DNA of 40,747 nt from Nemertoderma westbladi. Taxonomy: Eukaryota > Animalia > Xenacoelomorpha. Shown here in pieces: positions 1 through 12,231 of the stretch (position 1 is the stretch's first letter; each line of letters starts with the position of its first letter). The stretch spans positions 1 to 40,747 of the forward strand of contig JAUCBJ010006652.1 of the NCBI GenBank assembly GCA_032718475.1. The letters run 5' to 3'. Below the pieces are notes generated by a model. That model saw nothing but the letters and a program-made list of their open reading frames with translations. It was not told the origin of the DNA and made no database searches. A program made the position numbers and the translations under genes.

Positions 1-2268
1 GAAGACATCTTAATTTGGTGGGTTAAACTGCCAAAGGTCTGAAAGCGCGAACACTGGTCATTGAGGAATCGTTCGTAAAATTATGTATCTCGAAGATTGC
101 TGAAAGGGTCTAACTGATGACGGAAAACTAAGTTGAACTGTGTTTATAACCGTGATTGCACATCTAAGTCCACCCACATCAGCTTTAATGTGCCACAATG
201 TTTAATTAGAACTACCGACAAATACACCCTTGAACCGCAGTGTCGGCAGGGGCAGAGTGAGAACAATATACCGTAGTCTGAGGACCCCTGACCATGTGGC
301 GGGCTTCAGGGGATATAGAGACAGTGACAAACACTGACCGCCATGTGTAACTCTATATAACTGTCATTAAACATATTATGCGATCATGGATTTAATAGAG
401 GAAGACCCCGATATTAGAGAGTGGTATAATCAACCGATGCGGGAGCTGCTCGATAGTCTGTTGACAGGAAGCGCTAGTAAACAGACTACGTCGGACGATA
501 CGCGTTATATCGATCCACCGATGAACAAGGAACAACTCAAACGTGAATTTAATTATCGGAGATTCACCGAGTGTTACTGTTGCCACAAAGGTGTTCTTTG
601 CGGTCTTAGTTTACTTATTTTGCTTAATTTAGATTTAAAAACCATATTTCATTGTTAATTAATTTACAAAAATAACTGATTCGGTGGCATAAATAAATAA
701 ATAAATAAATTATATGGTTATATACGGTATAAATAAATTCCACTTAAAATCCTATCTGTCGATCTAGCGTCATTGTGTCCATGTTTGTTCTAAAGAAGTG
801 GATGTCTCTTTAGACCTCATGGTGATGCTATTGGCCGCTTCCACTGGTCCTCTATAAAAGGTTAACATGATGAAAGACCGGCACTCTTAATTGTATTAAT
901 TTACTAATCCAGTGTCATACTGTAAAACCCGGTCGGACCTTAATTAACCGGAATTATTACGGCTAGAGTTCCGTATAGCACTACATTTTTAAAACAAATA
1001 TCCTTGTTACTATGGCAATGTTGACGAGTTCTAGAACAATAGAAAAGTATTATATACTATTTTAGAACATAAATAAAATTAAAAATATAATGTTCTAGAA
1101 CATGTAGGTAGTTTTTTTTAATTTTAAAAAAGCTAGCAAATTTAAAAAAATATATTTTTAAATAAATTTCTGAATACATTTATATTAATAGTGATTATAG
1201 AGTTTTTGTATACCGATGTAACTAATTCGTGTGCGGTTAATAGTGTCTAGTAGGCAGGCCTATAGTTAGTGAGGTTAAGGCATCTCGGTGCCCTCTCGGT
1301 GTCAGACTAATGGCGCGACATCTCCCTGCACTAAATTAATTATTCAATGGTCTAGGCTCGTCCATCCACATACCCATCCCATCCCATACAATCCATGAAC
1401 CTCCATGTGGTACTGTATGTAGTTCTCTTTCTACCAATACAGCCCATGTCCGCAATGTTACGCCCTGGGGTCTCTCTCATCTACCTGATATCAGACATAC
1501 AGGCGCACCACACACAAAGCCTTTGTCGGTCTCAGCAAGTTACCCTCCTGCTGTGTGATCTATAAGATAACTCGCCATAACCTGCCAATCAGATGACTTG
1601 AACAAATTTGTTCACATGTGATCACATTGGATGAAATCTGCTTTTTCTGGTGGCCTGTACTGTAGCTGAAATATTTAAAAAAAATGTGTCAATTTTTGGT
1701 CAAAAATGGAAAAATCTGTCAAAATTTTGAAAAACTTTTTTTTAATACTTTTTTTAACATGAAAATTTATCAAAATTCGCATGCCATTGTGCACAAATGA
1801 TGAAATTTTGGACACTTGATGACCATCCCTCCTAAAAGCATTAAAAAAAATAATTGCACAAATTACGTTAATTAGTTAAGAAATTATAAATTTAGAAAAA
1901 AAATTGAAATTTTTTCCACCTATTATTAGTAGGCCTATACAAGTGTGCAAAACATCAATTAATTTGGATAAAATCCAGTTTCCGAAATAAGGGGATGAAA
2001 ATTTTTAGTTAATTAGTGAACAACCCCCTTAAGGTACCTTTTAAAGGAAAGTACAGTAGGTTATAATGGCAGGCTTTTCTAACCAAAACAATAAATTAAA
2101 TTTAGGAACACAGTTTACAGTATAATTTTAACTTCTAGGTACTAACACGTACCGGTAAACAGTACATATACTTCCAAATCATGGTACCATTTTAACTAAT
2201 TTCAAATTTCCCGCCCGGTCGGAGTATTTACTTTATCAAATTATTGCTCTGCGACATTAGTCTCTAGA

Positions 2269-2384
2269 CATAGTCTATGCCTCAGTGCCTCAGTGAGGCA
2301 TAGTCTGTGCCTCAGTGAGGCATAGTCTGTGCCTCAGTGAGGCATAGTCTGTGCACCAGTGCCTCAGTGAGGCATAGTCTGTGT
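2269..2384. repeat. 22-bp minisatellite (GCCTCAGTGAGGCATAGTCTGT)n
   Basis: About 5 units, each containing the palindrome TGCCTCA-G-TGAGGCA. Confidence 0.9.
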
Positions 2385-2444
2385 CAGGTCTTAAATGAGA
2401 GTCTTACAAATTCGAACGTCAACGAACAAATTCGAAGGTTACTG

Positions 2445-2530
2445 TTCCACCTTGGTGTAGGGTTGCGTTGAATTCACATCTCCCGCATGTCATGGGTTCG
2501 ATCCCCGCATGAACCAGGGCAGTTTTCGTT
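2445..2530 (+). mobile_element. Truncated copy of the same SINE head
   Basis: CCACCTTGGTGT...CACATCTC...GGGTTCGATCCCC.CATG..CCAGGGCAGTTTTC aligns with 17257-17341. Confidence 0.6.
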
Positions 2531-2620
2531 CGGTCAGCAATAGGCCTAACTTTGCAAAATGCATTATTATTGCCTTGTAACCAATTCATGGTTACTATAT
2601 TGTTTTCATTTGAGACATTT

Positions 2621-3041
2621 CGCCCTCTAGCGGCAGACTGAGGAACTTCAGACTACTCTGTGACTCTGCAAAAGATATAGCCCATATTGTAATAGATACT
2701 GACTGGGGGGTCAAAATTAAGTAATAATATATCTAAATAAGTCTCAAACATCTTGCCTCATGGCTCGCCCCTTAGAACTCTCAGGCAATATACTGTAACT
2801 TCATAGTTTTGCGGATTGTAAATAACAAAGCTAGAGAAGATGTTAATTTTCAACTAATACGCCCTCTAGCGGCAGACAGGGGAACTTCAGACTACTCTGA
2901 CTCCGCAAAAGATATGGCCTATGCCATAGTAGATGCCGACTGGGGGTCAAAATTAAGTAATAATATATCTAAATAAGTCTCAAACATCTTGCCTCATGGC
3001 TCGCCCCTCAGAACTCTTAAACAATATGGCTTCATAGTTTT
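2621..3041. repeat. Tandem duplication with about 239-bp period; member of a dispersed family
   Basis: 2621-2810 matches 2860-3040. The TCTAGCGGCAGACTGGGGAACTGCAGAC-like core recurs at 11630-11696 (-), about 11835-11851 (-), 17183 (+) and 17659 (+). Confidence 0.85.
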
Positions 3042-3796
3042 TAAGGAAAACTGGTAAACGAGATTTGTTAATTACACATACCTCGCAGTCTTAAGTAATT
3101 AATTATACAGTAGGTTAGATCGTTTTGAGAATAGGACCATTGGAAACAGCGCCCTCGATAACCTCAGTACAAAGAAAATTAATAAAGATTAACAGGATAT
3201 AGCTTGTTATTATAAAACTTAAATTATAATACAGAACATTTAGGGTTGTAAATAAAAACAAATTAAATTGAAGATAAACTGTATATATAAACTTATGTAT
3301 TAAAAGAGGGCCTTATTTAATTATACAGTATACTGAAAATGATTAGCGATACCATAATTAGATTATCGATAGGGATGCGGCTTCCTTAAATGAGGCAATC
3401 CTGACGCAGCACAAAGAATTTTAAGAGGGGCCCCCGATAAATTGCTCATTCATGCGTAACTGGTAACCTAGGCGATAGCTTGTCTTAAGTTTAGGCCCTT
3501 TGCTAACAATAACTCCAAAACAGTTACCAGTAAGGGAGCTGTATACCCTAGGGCTAAATAAGGCTGCAAGTCTATGGTTAGATGGTTCCAATAATGACGT
3601 CATTAGCATCGGTGTGTAATATATAAACTGTTCATTGTTAAAGCTAAAAATAGAAACCAATATATAAAGTACAAATAAATAATTTATATAAAATTAAATA
3701 CAAATAAATAAAAATAAATACAATTAAATAAATTAAAATTAAATACAAATAAATAAGTATTAATAAATAAAAGAGCCGCGGTGTCACTTATGACAC

Positions 3797-4084
3797 CCTC
3801 TTGGTCCTCTAGGCGACAGTTGGACCCCACTGACACCGTTGCGTATAGGATTGATTAATTAGGATAATCAAATAAACCCTAATTAGGAGTTGTAAGACAC
3901 CTATTAGGGTATAATTGTACTAATTAATTGATGACACCTGTCAATTAGGGTATAATTAGCCTAATTAGGAGGTGTCACCCAGACAGTCTGGCGCCAATGA
4001 CACCCATAGGGTGACATTGGGTGTCACCCAGACAGTCTGGCGCCAGTCAGTTAGGTCCAACTGTCGCCGAGAGGAGGAAGACCC
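3797..4084. mobile_element. Small MITE
   Basis: Inverted repeat CCTCTAGGCGACAGTTGGACCCCACTGAC / GTCAGTTAGGTCCAACTGTCGCCGAGAGG; internal 26-bp direct repeat at 3971 and 4020. Confidence 0.7.
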
Positions 4085-5666
4085 TACTACTTATAACTGA
4101 AACTGTAATTTTAGCAGATTCAAAACTGTAACTGAAACTGAAATACTAAATTTTTAATACTGAAATTGTAACTGACCTGAAATCCGTAATTATTGATTCA
4201 GTTCTCAACACTTTTCAGATCCGATAATGAAGTGAAACGGAGAAACATTCTCAGCTCTTCCGATTGCGGTAAGGTAGGTTTCCCTCAAGGGATGCAAATC
4301 GAAAAACAACGAGTTGATAGAAATATCAAACTATATAATAATCACTGTGGTAATAAATTCCATAAAATATATAGGATAGTTATTAAAGTCGAAAACAGCA
4401 CAACAGATAAAAATATAGCAGATTAGTGAGCAGCTTAAAAAAATCATTTTAGCAGCTTAAAAAAAAGATGTGGTTAGAGCTTAAAACCAGGTTACAGTTG
4501 AAAATCACACATAATTATTTCTCAGGAAAAGTTAATTTGACAAAGAATAATTTGACGATTTGAATTCTATGCTGCATTATTCCGAGTATAATGCATCAGT
4601 TATTGTAGAAATTGTGATCAATTTAGTAGATCTATAGAGAATCAATCATAACATCATAAAAATATACTTCAAAATCAGTTAATAACACAAATAATTCAAC
4701 TCAAATAGTAACCAATTAATAATATATGATAATTAATAATCAATTAACCAAGCAAGTGGAGCGTGTTTAAATTACATAATAATGAAATGGTCAGTTAAGA
4801 ATTACCAATAAGAAAACATGTAGTGAAGTTATGAAGAGGTGCGGTTATAGTGTAACAAACATTATCTGTGTGTTACACAATTATAATATTATATACATGT
4901 AGAAACACTAAACAGTTAGAGGTAATTTAAGAAAAAAACATAAAGTTATCTTGTGAATGTAGGCTTATATAATTAATTATGTAATTAAATTAAAGCACAA
5001 ATAAATTGCATATATGCGACTGGATTGGATATAAACTATGTAATACCATAATATAATATGTATTTAAATGTTCAACTTAATAAAACAACTTGTCTGTAAT
5101 AAAACATAAAAAACATCAAATAAACAATAACATAATAAGGATTAATAACTCTAAGTAACCGTAAACTGTAGCGGCAATGATACAGAACTGTTATTAATAA
5201 TTGCGGTAGCACCTTCAAAAGAATACAAAATATGCTAAACATAAAAAAAAACAAAAAAAAAACAAAGTCTTAAGCAGAAATACAACATAAACCCACACAC
5301 GTAGTGTACAGTATGTATATATTGCAGCGCTGCATATTTCAATGCACTCACACAAAATCCATTAAAATAATTCTAAATAAATGAAATCTGATCAAAAATA
5401 ATAAAATTTAAAATATACAAAGAAAGATTAACTATAATTAATTATAAGTATAGATCAGTCTATAGTGTACTGATACATGAGTAGTATTAATATTATGTTG
5501 ACGACAGTGTGGTTAGATATAAAATTGTTGTAATATATAATTAAAAATTGAAATTATAATTCAACTACTACTATTAGTATCTTAAAAGTAACATCTATGA
5601 AAAAAATTATAGAAAAATCCAGTAATCTATAATTCTATATAATACAATTTCTGGGCCTATTTCAGT

Positions 5667-6713
5667 TCAATCTAATTCATGTTTAGTGCGAATTAGAGGG
5701 GTTTTAAATGAGACCTGAAGAACTCGGTTGTTAAACCGGAATCCGTTTAGAGCGGAAACGGCGCTGAAAGCTTCCCACTGGTTTCGCATTCTAACAAATC
5801 CGTAACCTCGGCATTTATTAGTCGCGTAGTCGTTAATGAGACGAACGGATGTGACTGCCCCAAAGGGACCGAATAATTCCCACAAACTCTCAGAACTAGC
5901 GTCAGGGACCAGGTTGTATACAAAGAGGCAAAAATCATTGGGTGGAGGGGAACAAGTGCGTTGGATACTCTGTGTGGGGGTAGGGGAGTAAGCGGTTTGT
6001 AATCCGTGGAATGGAGGGGAATAAGAGCGTTGGATTCCTTCTGATGGTGGCGAATAAGAACGATCAATACTCCTGAACGGAGGGGAATTATAACCTGGGA
6101 AGACTTGTGGGTACTTGGACCCGATAACCGATGTGAGGTCGGTGTTTATCCAAGAATGGGCTGTTCGATCTGGGGATGACTGGAGCGGATCTGTTTGGTT
6201 AGCGTGTTTCACGCTGATTGGCGAAAGACTCTCCTCCGTTCTGTGTCCATCCATTCGCGCCATGGCCGTATCTGCCTCAGTTTTCTGATCGTAACGAATG
6301 AAACCAACGCCACGCGATAGTCGAGTAACCTTATCGTACAAAATCTTGCATGTTATTATGGTCCCGAAAGGAGAGAACAAATCCTCTAACTGAGCTTGTT
6401 TCATGGTTCGAGGTAGGTTACTAATGTACAGATTAGCTCCTTTAATGTTGTGGTTGCTGGGTCGAGAATGCGACACTTTAATCTTTTTATTTCCAACTTG
6501 TATTGTATCTAAAGTTTTTATAGCTCGGTCAGCGTCTTTTTCTCGGAAGTACTTGACAAAAGCGTACCCCATACTATTTCCGGTCGACCTGTTCCTGATA
6601 AGTTTACAACATTCTACTTCTCCGACAAACTGAAATATTTTCTTTATATCAATTTCGTTTATGTTTTGGGGTAAGTAATTGACAATAAGATTTGTTCTAG
6701 TACTTAACGCCAT
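5667..6713 (-). CDS. elav: ELAV/Hu-family RNA-binding protein (3 RRMs), single uninterrupted ORF, 348 aa
   Basis: RRM1 starts TNLIVNYLPQ with RNP1 MGYAFVKY; the RRM1-2 linker is RPSNHNIKGANLYISNLP; RRM2 RNP1 is SRGVGFIRYD; after a hinge, RRM3 reads CLFVYNL...LWELFGPFGAV...TNKCRGYGFV...LNGFRFNNRVLQVSFKT. These are hallmark ELAV/Hu motifs. Paralog identity is uncertain. Confidence 0.93.
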   Translation of the reverse strand: MALSTRTNLIVNYLPQNINEIDIKKIFQFVGEVECCKLIRNRSTGNSMGYAFVKYFREKDADRAIKTLDTIQVGNKKIKVSHSRPSNHNIKGANLYISNLPRTMKQAQLEDLFSPFGTIITCKILYDKVTRLSRGVGFIRYDQKTEADTAMARMDGHRTEESLSPISVKHANQTDPLQSSPDRTAHSWINTDLTSVIGSKYPQVFPGYNSPPFRSIDRSYSPPSEGIQRSYSPPFHGLQTAYSPTPTQSIQRTCSPPPNDFCLFVYNLVPDASSESLWELFGPFGAVTSVRLINDYATNKCRGYGFVRMRNQWEAFSAVSALNGFRFNNRVLQVSFKTPLIRTKHELD

Positions 6714-6922
6714 CGATATTTTATCCAGAGATGAGACACTACTGAGTTAGGTAGGCCTACAGCATTCATTAGATAGATGTACAAAATTCCAGATCCAGAT
6801 TATAAGGTTTATCAGGACTATGTTGATTGCTGAATTTTACAGAACTGAATAACTGGTGGATATTTAAGACATTATGAATTAAAACTGTAAAATAATATAT
6901 ACTAAGTACCGTTACCGTACTG

Positions 6923-7524
6923 CACCATGACCTGGAATAGGCCTCCAGTGTCTTTATTCAGGTACATTTTGTTAATGCATAAGTGGCTACGTAATAGTAT
7001 GATTAAAGAAATAGGCTATTGCATTGTTACCAAGCTACGTATGGGATAGGCCCCTAAACAATAATGTTCAAGAATATTATGAACTTATTGAAATAGAATA
7101 AAATAGCCTAGCGCAGGTGCAAAATCATGTAACATTTGAACGCTCATATCTCAGCAATTTCGTAACCAAATTCAAATGTTCTTACATATTTGGAATCCTT
7201 GCATGGCCAGCTCTCTAATAAATCAACTAAATACCAACAAATACTGTAGTAGGCCTACCAACAACTCAGTATAATTTTGAAGAATAAATGCGGTGTAACT
7301 GGTGAAATTTCGCAGAGACACTTTTTTCAAACGCTTGTAGCTAAAGAATAACAGCGAAAATAAAAATTCTGGCTCACCCAGCAAGGCGGGGGGGGGGGGG
7401 GGGGGTGAAACATCTCTGTTTCAAATTTCATGCAACCTCATCAAGATTTGTAGAAATATTTTTTTTGGGGGGGGGGGGGTGTGGCATGTACAAGAATAAA
7501 GACACTATATTCCAGGACATGGTG
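6923..7524. mobile_element. MITE family A (Tc1/mariner-like), copy with most of the left arm deleted
   Basis: Termini CACCATGACCTGGAATA... and ...TATTCCAGGACATGGTG followed by TA; body homologous to 12693-13167 (reverse) and 14150-14543. Confidence 0.8.
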
Positions 7525-8579
7525 TAAGAGTCAGATAGTATATTCTACCACAGGCTACCAGATAACTTGGAATACAAAGCAAAAAAGTGAGTGGGCAGGT
7601 AAGCAACAGATTGTAATAATGCTGTTATGTTACTAAAACTGAATGGATTTATTTCATTTTCTTGGGTTGTTTTGGTTTACAGGTTTAAGCCTGTTTGACA
7701 GTAATGGGAACATGTGCGTGCAATCAGGCAATTGTTGATTGTACCCCGGACTGGGCAGCCGGGCCCGGTCTGCCGGTTAAAAAGGTGAAACATACCAGTA
7801 CCGTCCGATCCTAACAACGCAAACCTGCAACGGCAACCACCTTGGTACCGGTATACTGGTATAACATTGTACTGCTGTACTGTACAACAGTTGCACAGTA
7901 ACGCCAGAACGCAGTAACAGTGTAGGCCTCTTCCATGTATTTCTGTATTAGTCTGTCCGTCCCATATTAAAGGTAGGCCAACCTATAACTACAACAGCGG
8001 TAGCGGTAGGCCTCTTCCATATGTATTAGTCTGTCCTGTAGCTGTCAGCAGTCCGATATTGTACAGTAGGCCCATAACTTTGCTTAGAGGTTTCTTGTTG
8101 TACTGTATGTATGCATACTTATAGTACGTAGGCATACTTATAGTATGTAGACCCCCACCCCCCCCCCCCCCCCCACCCGTAGTTTTAGCCCCTGTAGGCC
8201 TACAGTAGTACTCATTTCCCAAAGTTACTGCAGTAGTTATATGTTGTCATTTTTTATCTCACCTGGCCACGCAGTACCAATACATATTATAAAGCATGTG
8301 GTATTTTTATTAAATTGCACGTGTGCATGGTGATATTTTCACACTGTTTCTTACGCCTCCTGGTCGAATTTGTTTAATTCGCTATAATACGCCATTTAAA
8401 ACTCTACTGATATACTGTAGCAGTTAATTACCGGTAACTGCTACAGTAGGCCCTACACTTATTAATGGTAAAAAAATCATTCAGTCAAAATATAACAAAG
8501 GCATACATTTTATGACATGCATCAACATTATTTCAATGTTTATTTTACTATATTCTAGAATATTAAATCGCCTTTTTTC

Positions 8580-8755
8580 GATAATAATTAATAAAATATA
8601 AATAAAACAATAATAAAATATATATAATAATAAAATAATATAATATATATAATAATAAAATAATATAATATAATAATAAAATATCATAAAAAATAATCAA
8701 CTATCATTAATAATTAATAAGATTAATTAAATTAATTAAAAGCTTGAAATTAATA
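8580..8755. repeat. AT-rich low-complexity (AAT)n-like tract
   Basis: Almost entirely A/T. Confidence 0.85.
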
Positions 8756-8939
8756 TTCTAGATAATAAAATCATCAGAACTTGATTTACTTCTAAAATCG
8801 ATAACATTTTTTTGGTGAAATCGTAAACGGCTTTCATATTCGATTCGGAATATCAAGTATATTTAAAAAAAAAATAAAATAAAATGGACACGTTTTTTAA
8901 CAGTTTACAGTGTAGCGAAATAATAAAAAAATAAAAAAC

Positions 8940-9190
8940 CTGCGGGAAACATTCGTAACACATTCGTAACGCATTCGTATTGCGTGGGAAACATTCGTAT
9001 AAGATTATAGGGACGCATTCGTATAATGTGCGGGATTCGAAAAAGGTTCGTATTAGATTCGATATGCGAATAAAGGATGCGTATTTGGTTCGGTTTTCGC
9101 ATTCGTATCGCATGGTTCATCTATGTAACATTTGTGAATGCGTGAAATATGCGCCGTCCCATGCGTTACGAATGCGGATTTTTTACTGGG
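8940..9190. mobile_element. One end of a CACTA/EnSpm-like non-autonomous element
   Basis: Ends ...TACGAATGCGGATTTTTTACTGGG (CCCAGTAA terminus) with many CATTCGTA subterminal repeats; the other end was not found. Confidence 0.5.
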
Positions 9191-9657
9191 ATTACCTCGA
9201 CTTATTATAGACTCTGTACATTGCTGACAACTTTCACCCAAGGCGGCCTACCATTCACCCTACACGTCAGCACGTGCTGTGCACCTACACCCTACATGTA
9301 CAGATGTAGGCTACACCAGTGGGCCTACACTAACCTATGACGATGACGTAGACTCTACGATGCTATGTACGGTAGGCTACCAAGGCTGCAAGGCCTAGCC
9401 TCTACAGCTCTATGCATGACGCAAAACAGCAAAAGATATACCCGATATTACCGCTTACCTATGTACAGATGTAGTATACCTCAACCAGCAGATTACTGCT
9501 ATTGCATTTTTTTAGCTTTTTTTTTACACAATTATTGCATACCGGACCGGTAGGCCTATTGCACAACCAGTCAGCGTTCGAGTTGCTGTTAGTTAGCCGT
9601 ACCGGTAGGCCTGGGCTACTGTATTAAAAAGCACCGCACCGGTAGTTCTGAGATGAT

Positions 9658-10290
9658 ATGGGAGCTTGGTTCAGTAAGAGCAAATCTACTAACTCCAACA
9701 AGTCGAGAGTTACAGAACAGGACAAAGCTGTCCTAGGTCTGAAACAATCTCGAGATAAACTGAAGCAGTACGAGAAACGAATATGTTTACAATTAGAGAA
9801 AGAAAGACTAGTTGCTAAACGTTTGTTAGCTGGGGGAAATAAGGAGAAGGCTTTGACTTTATTGAAAAAGAAACGCTACCAAGAACAAATGTTATCTAAG
9901 CTTGAAACTCAACTATCGAATCTTGAACGAATGGCTAACGACATTGAATTCGCACAACTAGAAATTAAGGTTGTAGAAGGACTGAAGGAAGGTAATACAG
10001 CGTTGAAACAACTCCATCAAATAATGTCTATCGAAGACGTGGAAAAAATTATGGATGATACGAAGGAGGGGGTTGATTACCAAAGGGACATAGACGAACT
10101 GCTTGCGGGGCAGTTGACAGAGGACGACAACGAGGCAATAATGGACGAACTGCGACAACTTACTCAACCGGAAGTAACGGACATTACGGTAAATCTACCA
10201 GACGTACCGACACACGACTTACCCGTAGGGGAAAAACCGTTGGGCGCAGACACCGCCAAGGTTAAACATAAAGAGATGGTGTCTGCCTAG
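9658..10290 (+). CDS. CHMP6: Charged multivesicular body protein 6 (Vps20, ESCRT-III, Snf7 family), single uninterrupted ORF, 210 aa
   Basis: N-myristoylation start MGAWFS; SRVTEQDKAVLGLKQSRDKLKQY; LLKKKRYQEQML; IEFAQLEIKVVEGLKEGN; MSIEDVEKIMDDT; C-terminal MIM2-like LPDVPTHDLP. Candidate ATTAAA poly(A) signal at 10710-10715. Confidence 0.95.
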   Translation: MGAWFSKSKSTNSNKSRVTEQDKAVLGLKQSRDKLKQYEKRICLQLEKERLVAKRLLAGGNKEKALTLLKKKRYQEQMLSKLETQLSNLERMANDIEFAQLEIKVVEGLKEGNTALKQLHQIMSIEDVEKIMDDTKEGVDYQRDIDELLAGQLTEDDNEAIMDELRQLTQPEVTDITVNLPDVPTHDLPVGEKPLGADTAKVKHKEMVSA

Positions 10291-12231
10291 ATTAATATAC
10301 TGTATATTCGTACAGTACACAACAATATGGACCAATATTCCAGATGAATGAGGTAGGCCTATTTATCGAATTCGATTTCTGGCTGATCCGTAAACGAGAA
10401 CGAGAGGCAAATATATATATATATCGACAGTTGTTGTTGAGTTGCAGTTCTGCAATGTCCTAATTCTTTATTATATTGCCACATTCAAATGCTATTATGT
10501 TTTTAATTTTTGATAAATTTTACAAACCGTGTTTATTAGTTGCTGATTATTTATTGTTTATTATATACTGAACCTATTTTAATTATTTAATAATATGAAA
10601 TATTCTGAAAATCTGACACCTACTATTTATTATCGGATTATACAGTACATGTATCATGGTTTGTGAAGTTACACTTTCCCCTTTATATGATTATAGATGC
10701 ACTCATTTCATTAAATACACTACATTTTTTTCGAAACATTTTTTCCTAAATTCTGTTTCATATTTAAAATATATATTGAGTAACTGTTTCGCTAAAATTA
10801 GGCCCTTTTAATATAGTGAACATACCTTATAGCGAATAAGGAATGAATATTTATTGTGATCAAGTGTAACATTTGAGACGTTATTATATATTACATGACT
10901 TTTTCCAGTGGCACTGCCCTCTCAGGATTGTTCTTTCCATTGCAAACTTAAATTTTATACAGCAGGAATCTAAACTACTGTATGTGTCTAAATAGTACAT
11001 TCATACAGTCTTGCCCTTGTTAGAGATAGAATATTCCCACTTCGTTTTCGAATTACGTGATGACGCTTTCTTACTATTTACATCATTACATGTAACTATT
11101 TTCGCCTGTGAAAGAAACCAGGCTCGGGAGGGTTACCATACCATTGATAATCAACCTGTAGGTCTGGTGTTCCAAATATTTAAATGTCAATAACAATAAC
11201 TCTGGCAATCAGGCAATCCCCAATGAAATGGGCAACTTTGTGCACAGTTGTCTGTTAAAAGTTCAGAAAATATATTTCGTGGGGGACTTTTTAGTTCTCC
11301 TCCAGGCCTGCCGCTATAGGGCTAAATATCTGAATCCAATTTGTATTTCTTTCAAGCTGAAACTTGGCAGATATGTTAGCGCTATTCCCAAAATTTTGGG
11401 TTATTTCCCTTATTTGGCTATTAAATTATTGAGCAAAGAAAATGATAAATTGCGTTTTTTCAAGATTTTCCATTTAACAGAGTTATTAAATTGAAATCTT
11501 GTATAAGTTGTAACAGCAATTATTATCGCAGCTGGGGATATAACTAAGTAGTACAATAAGTTAATACTGTTCCATATGATAGGAAGTTTTACTTACAAAG
11601 CTCTAAGTGAGATATTACCGGTACTAGAACACAGCCTGTGTCTTATGTGGACATTAATCGGTCTGCAGTTCTCCAGTCTAAAGCTAGAGGGCGAAATTTA
11701 ATTTATGAAGGTGAAGGTGCAAACCTTCACCCGGCTCCTTGATGTTAATCCGTTTAAGCTGCATCTAAGCATATTTGTACTAGACCACCACCTGTGTCTT
11801 TGTAAAGAAGGTGATATCATTCGGATGTTGACCAGTCTGCCCGCTAGAGGGTTAAATGACTGAAAGTGAAAACCTTCCACCCTTTCCTTGATTTTAATCC
11901 TTTTAAGCGGAAACACTGTATGTACTGTCTACTTTTTTTGCCACTACTTAGATAGTTATACACTTATCATTAAATGGCTACCATCAACATCAATTGAGAA
12001 TACTCATTGTGTTCTAGAAGTTTAGTATTATTACTTTGTGTTCTAGAAGTTTGTTATTATTACTAAGTAGGCCTACTGTTACAGAGTCCGTTATTAGACG
12101 CAACAACGCTGCATACTGTACTTGTACTTTGCTGCGTTACTAGGATATAACCAGAACGCTGATAAGTTGACATATTATTGTAACAAATGTTTTTTATGAT
12201 TAACTATCATGGGTTGGCCTATACTATACAG

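Noticed and set aside
1-658. 90-aa ORF 386-658 and GC-richer upstream sequence
   Set aside because: No recognisable domain, and upstream frames are all interrupted. It may be a decayed or edge-truncated coding relic, but I cannot support a call.
8853-9241. Several 62-86 aa ORFs
   Set aside because: Derived from the CATTCGTA subterminal repeats of a MITE.
10826-11200. Possible Crypton-like non-autonomous element (CTTATAGCGAATAAGG)
   Set aside because: Based only on vague recall of a terminal motif; no second copy or defined ends in the window.
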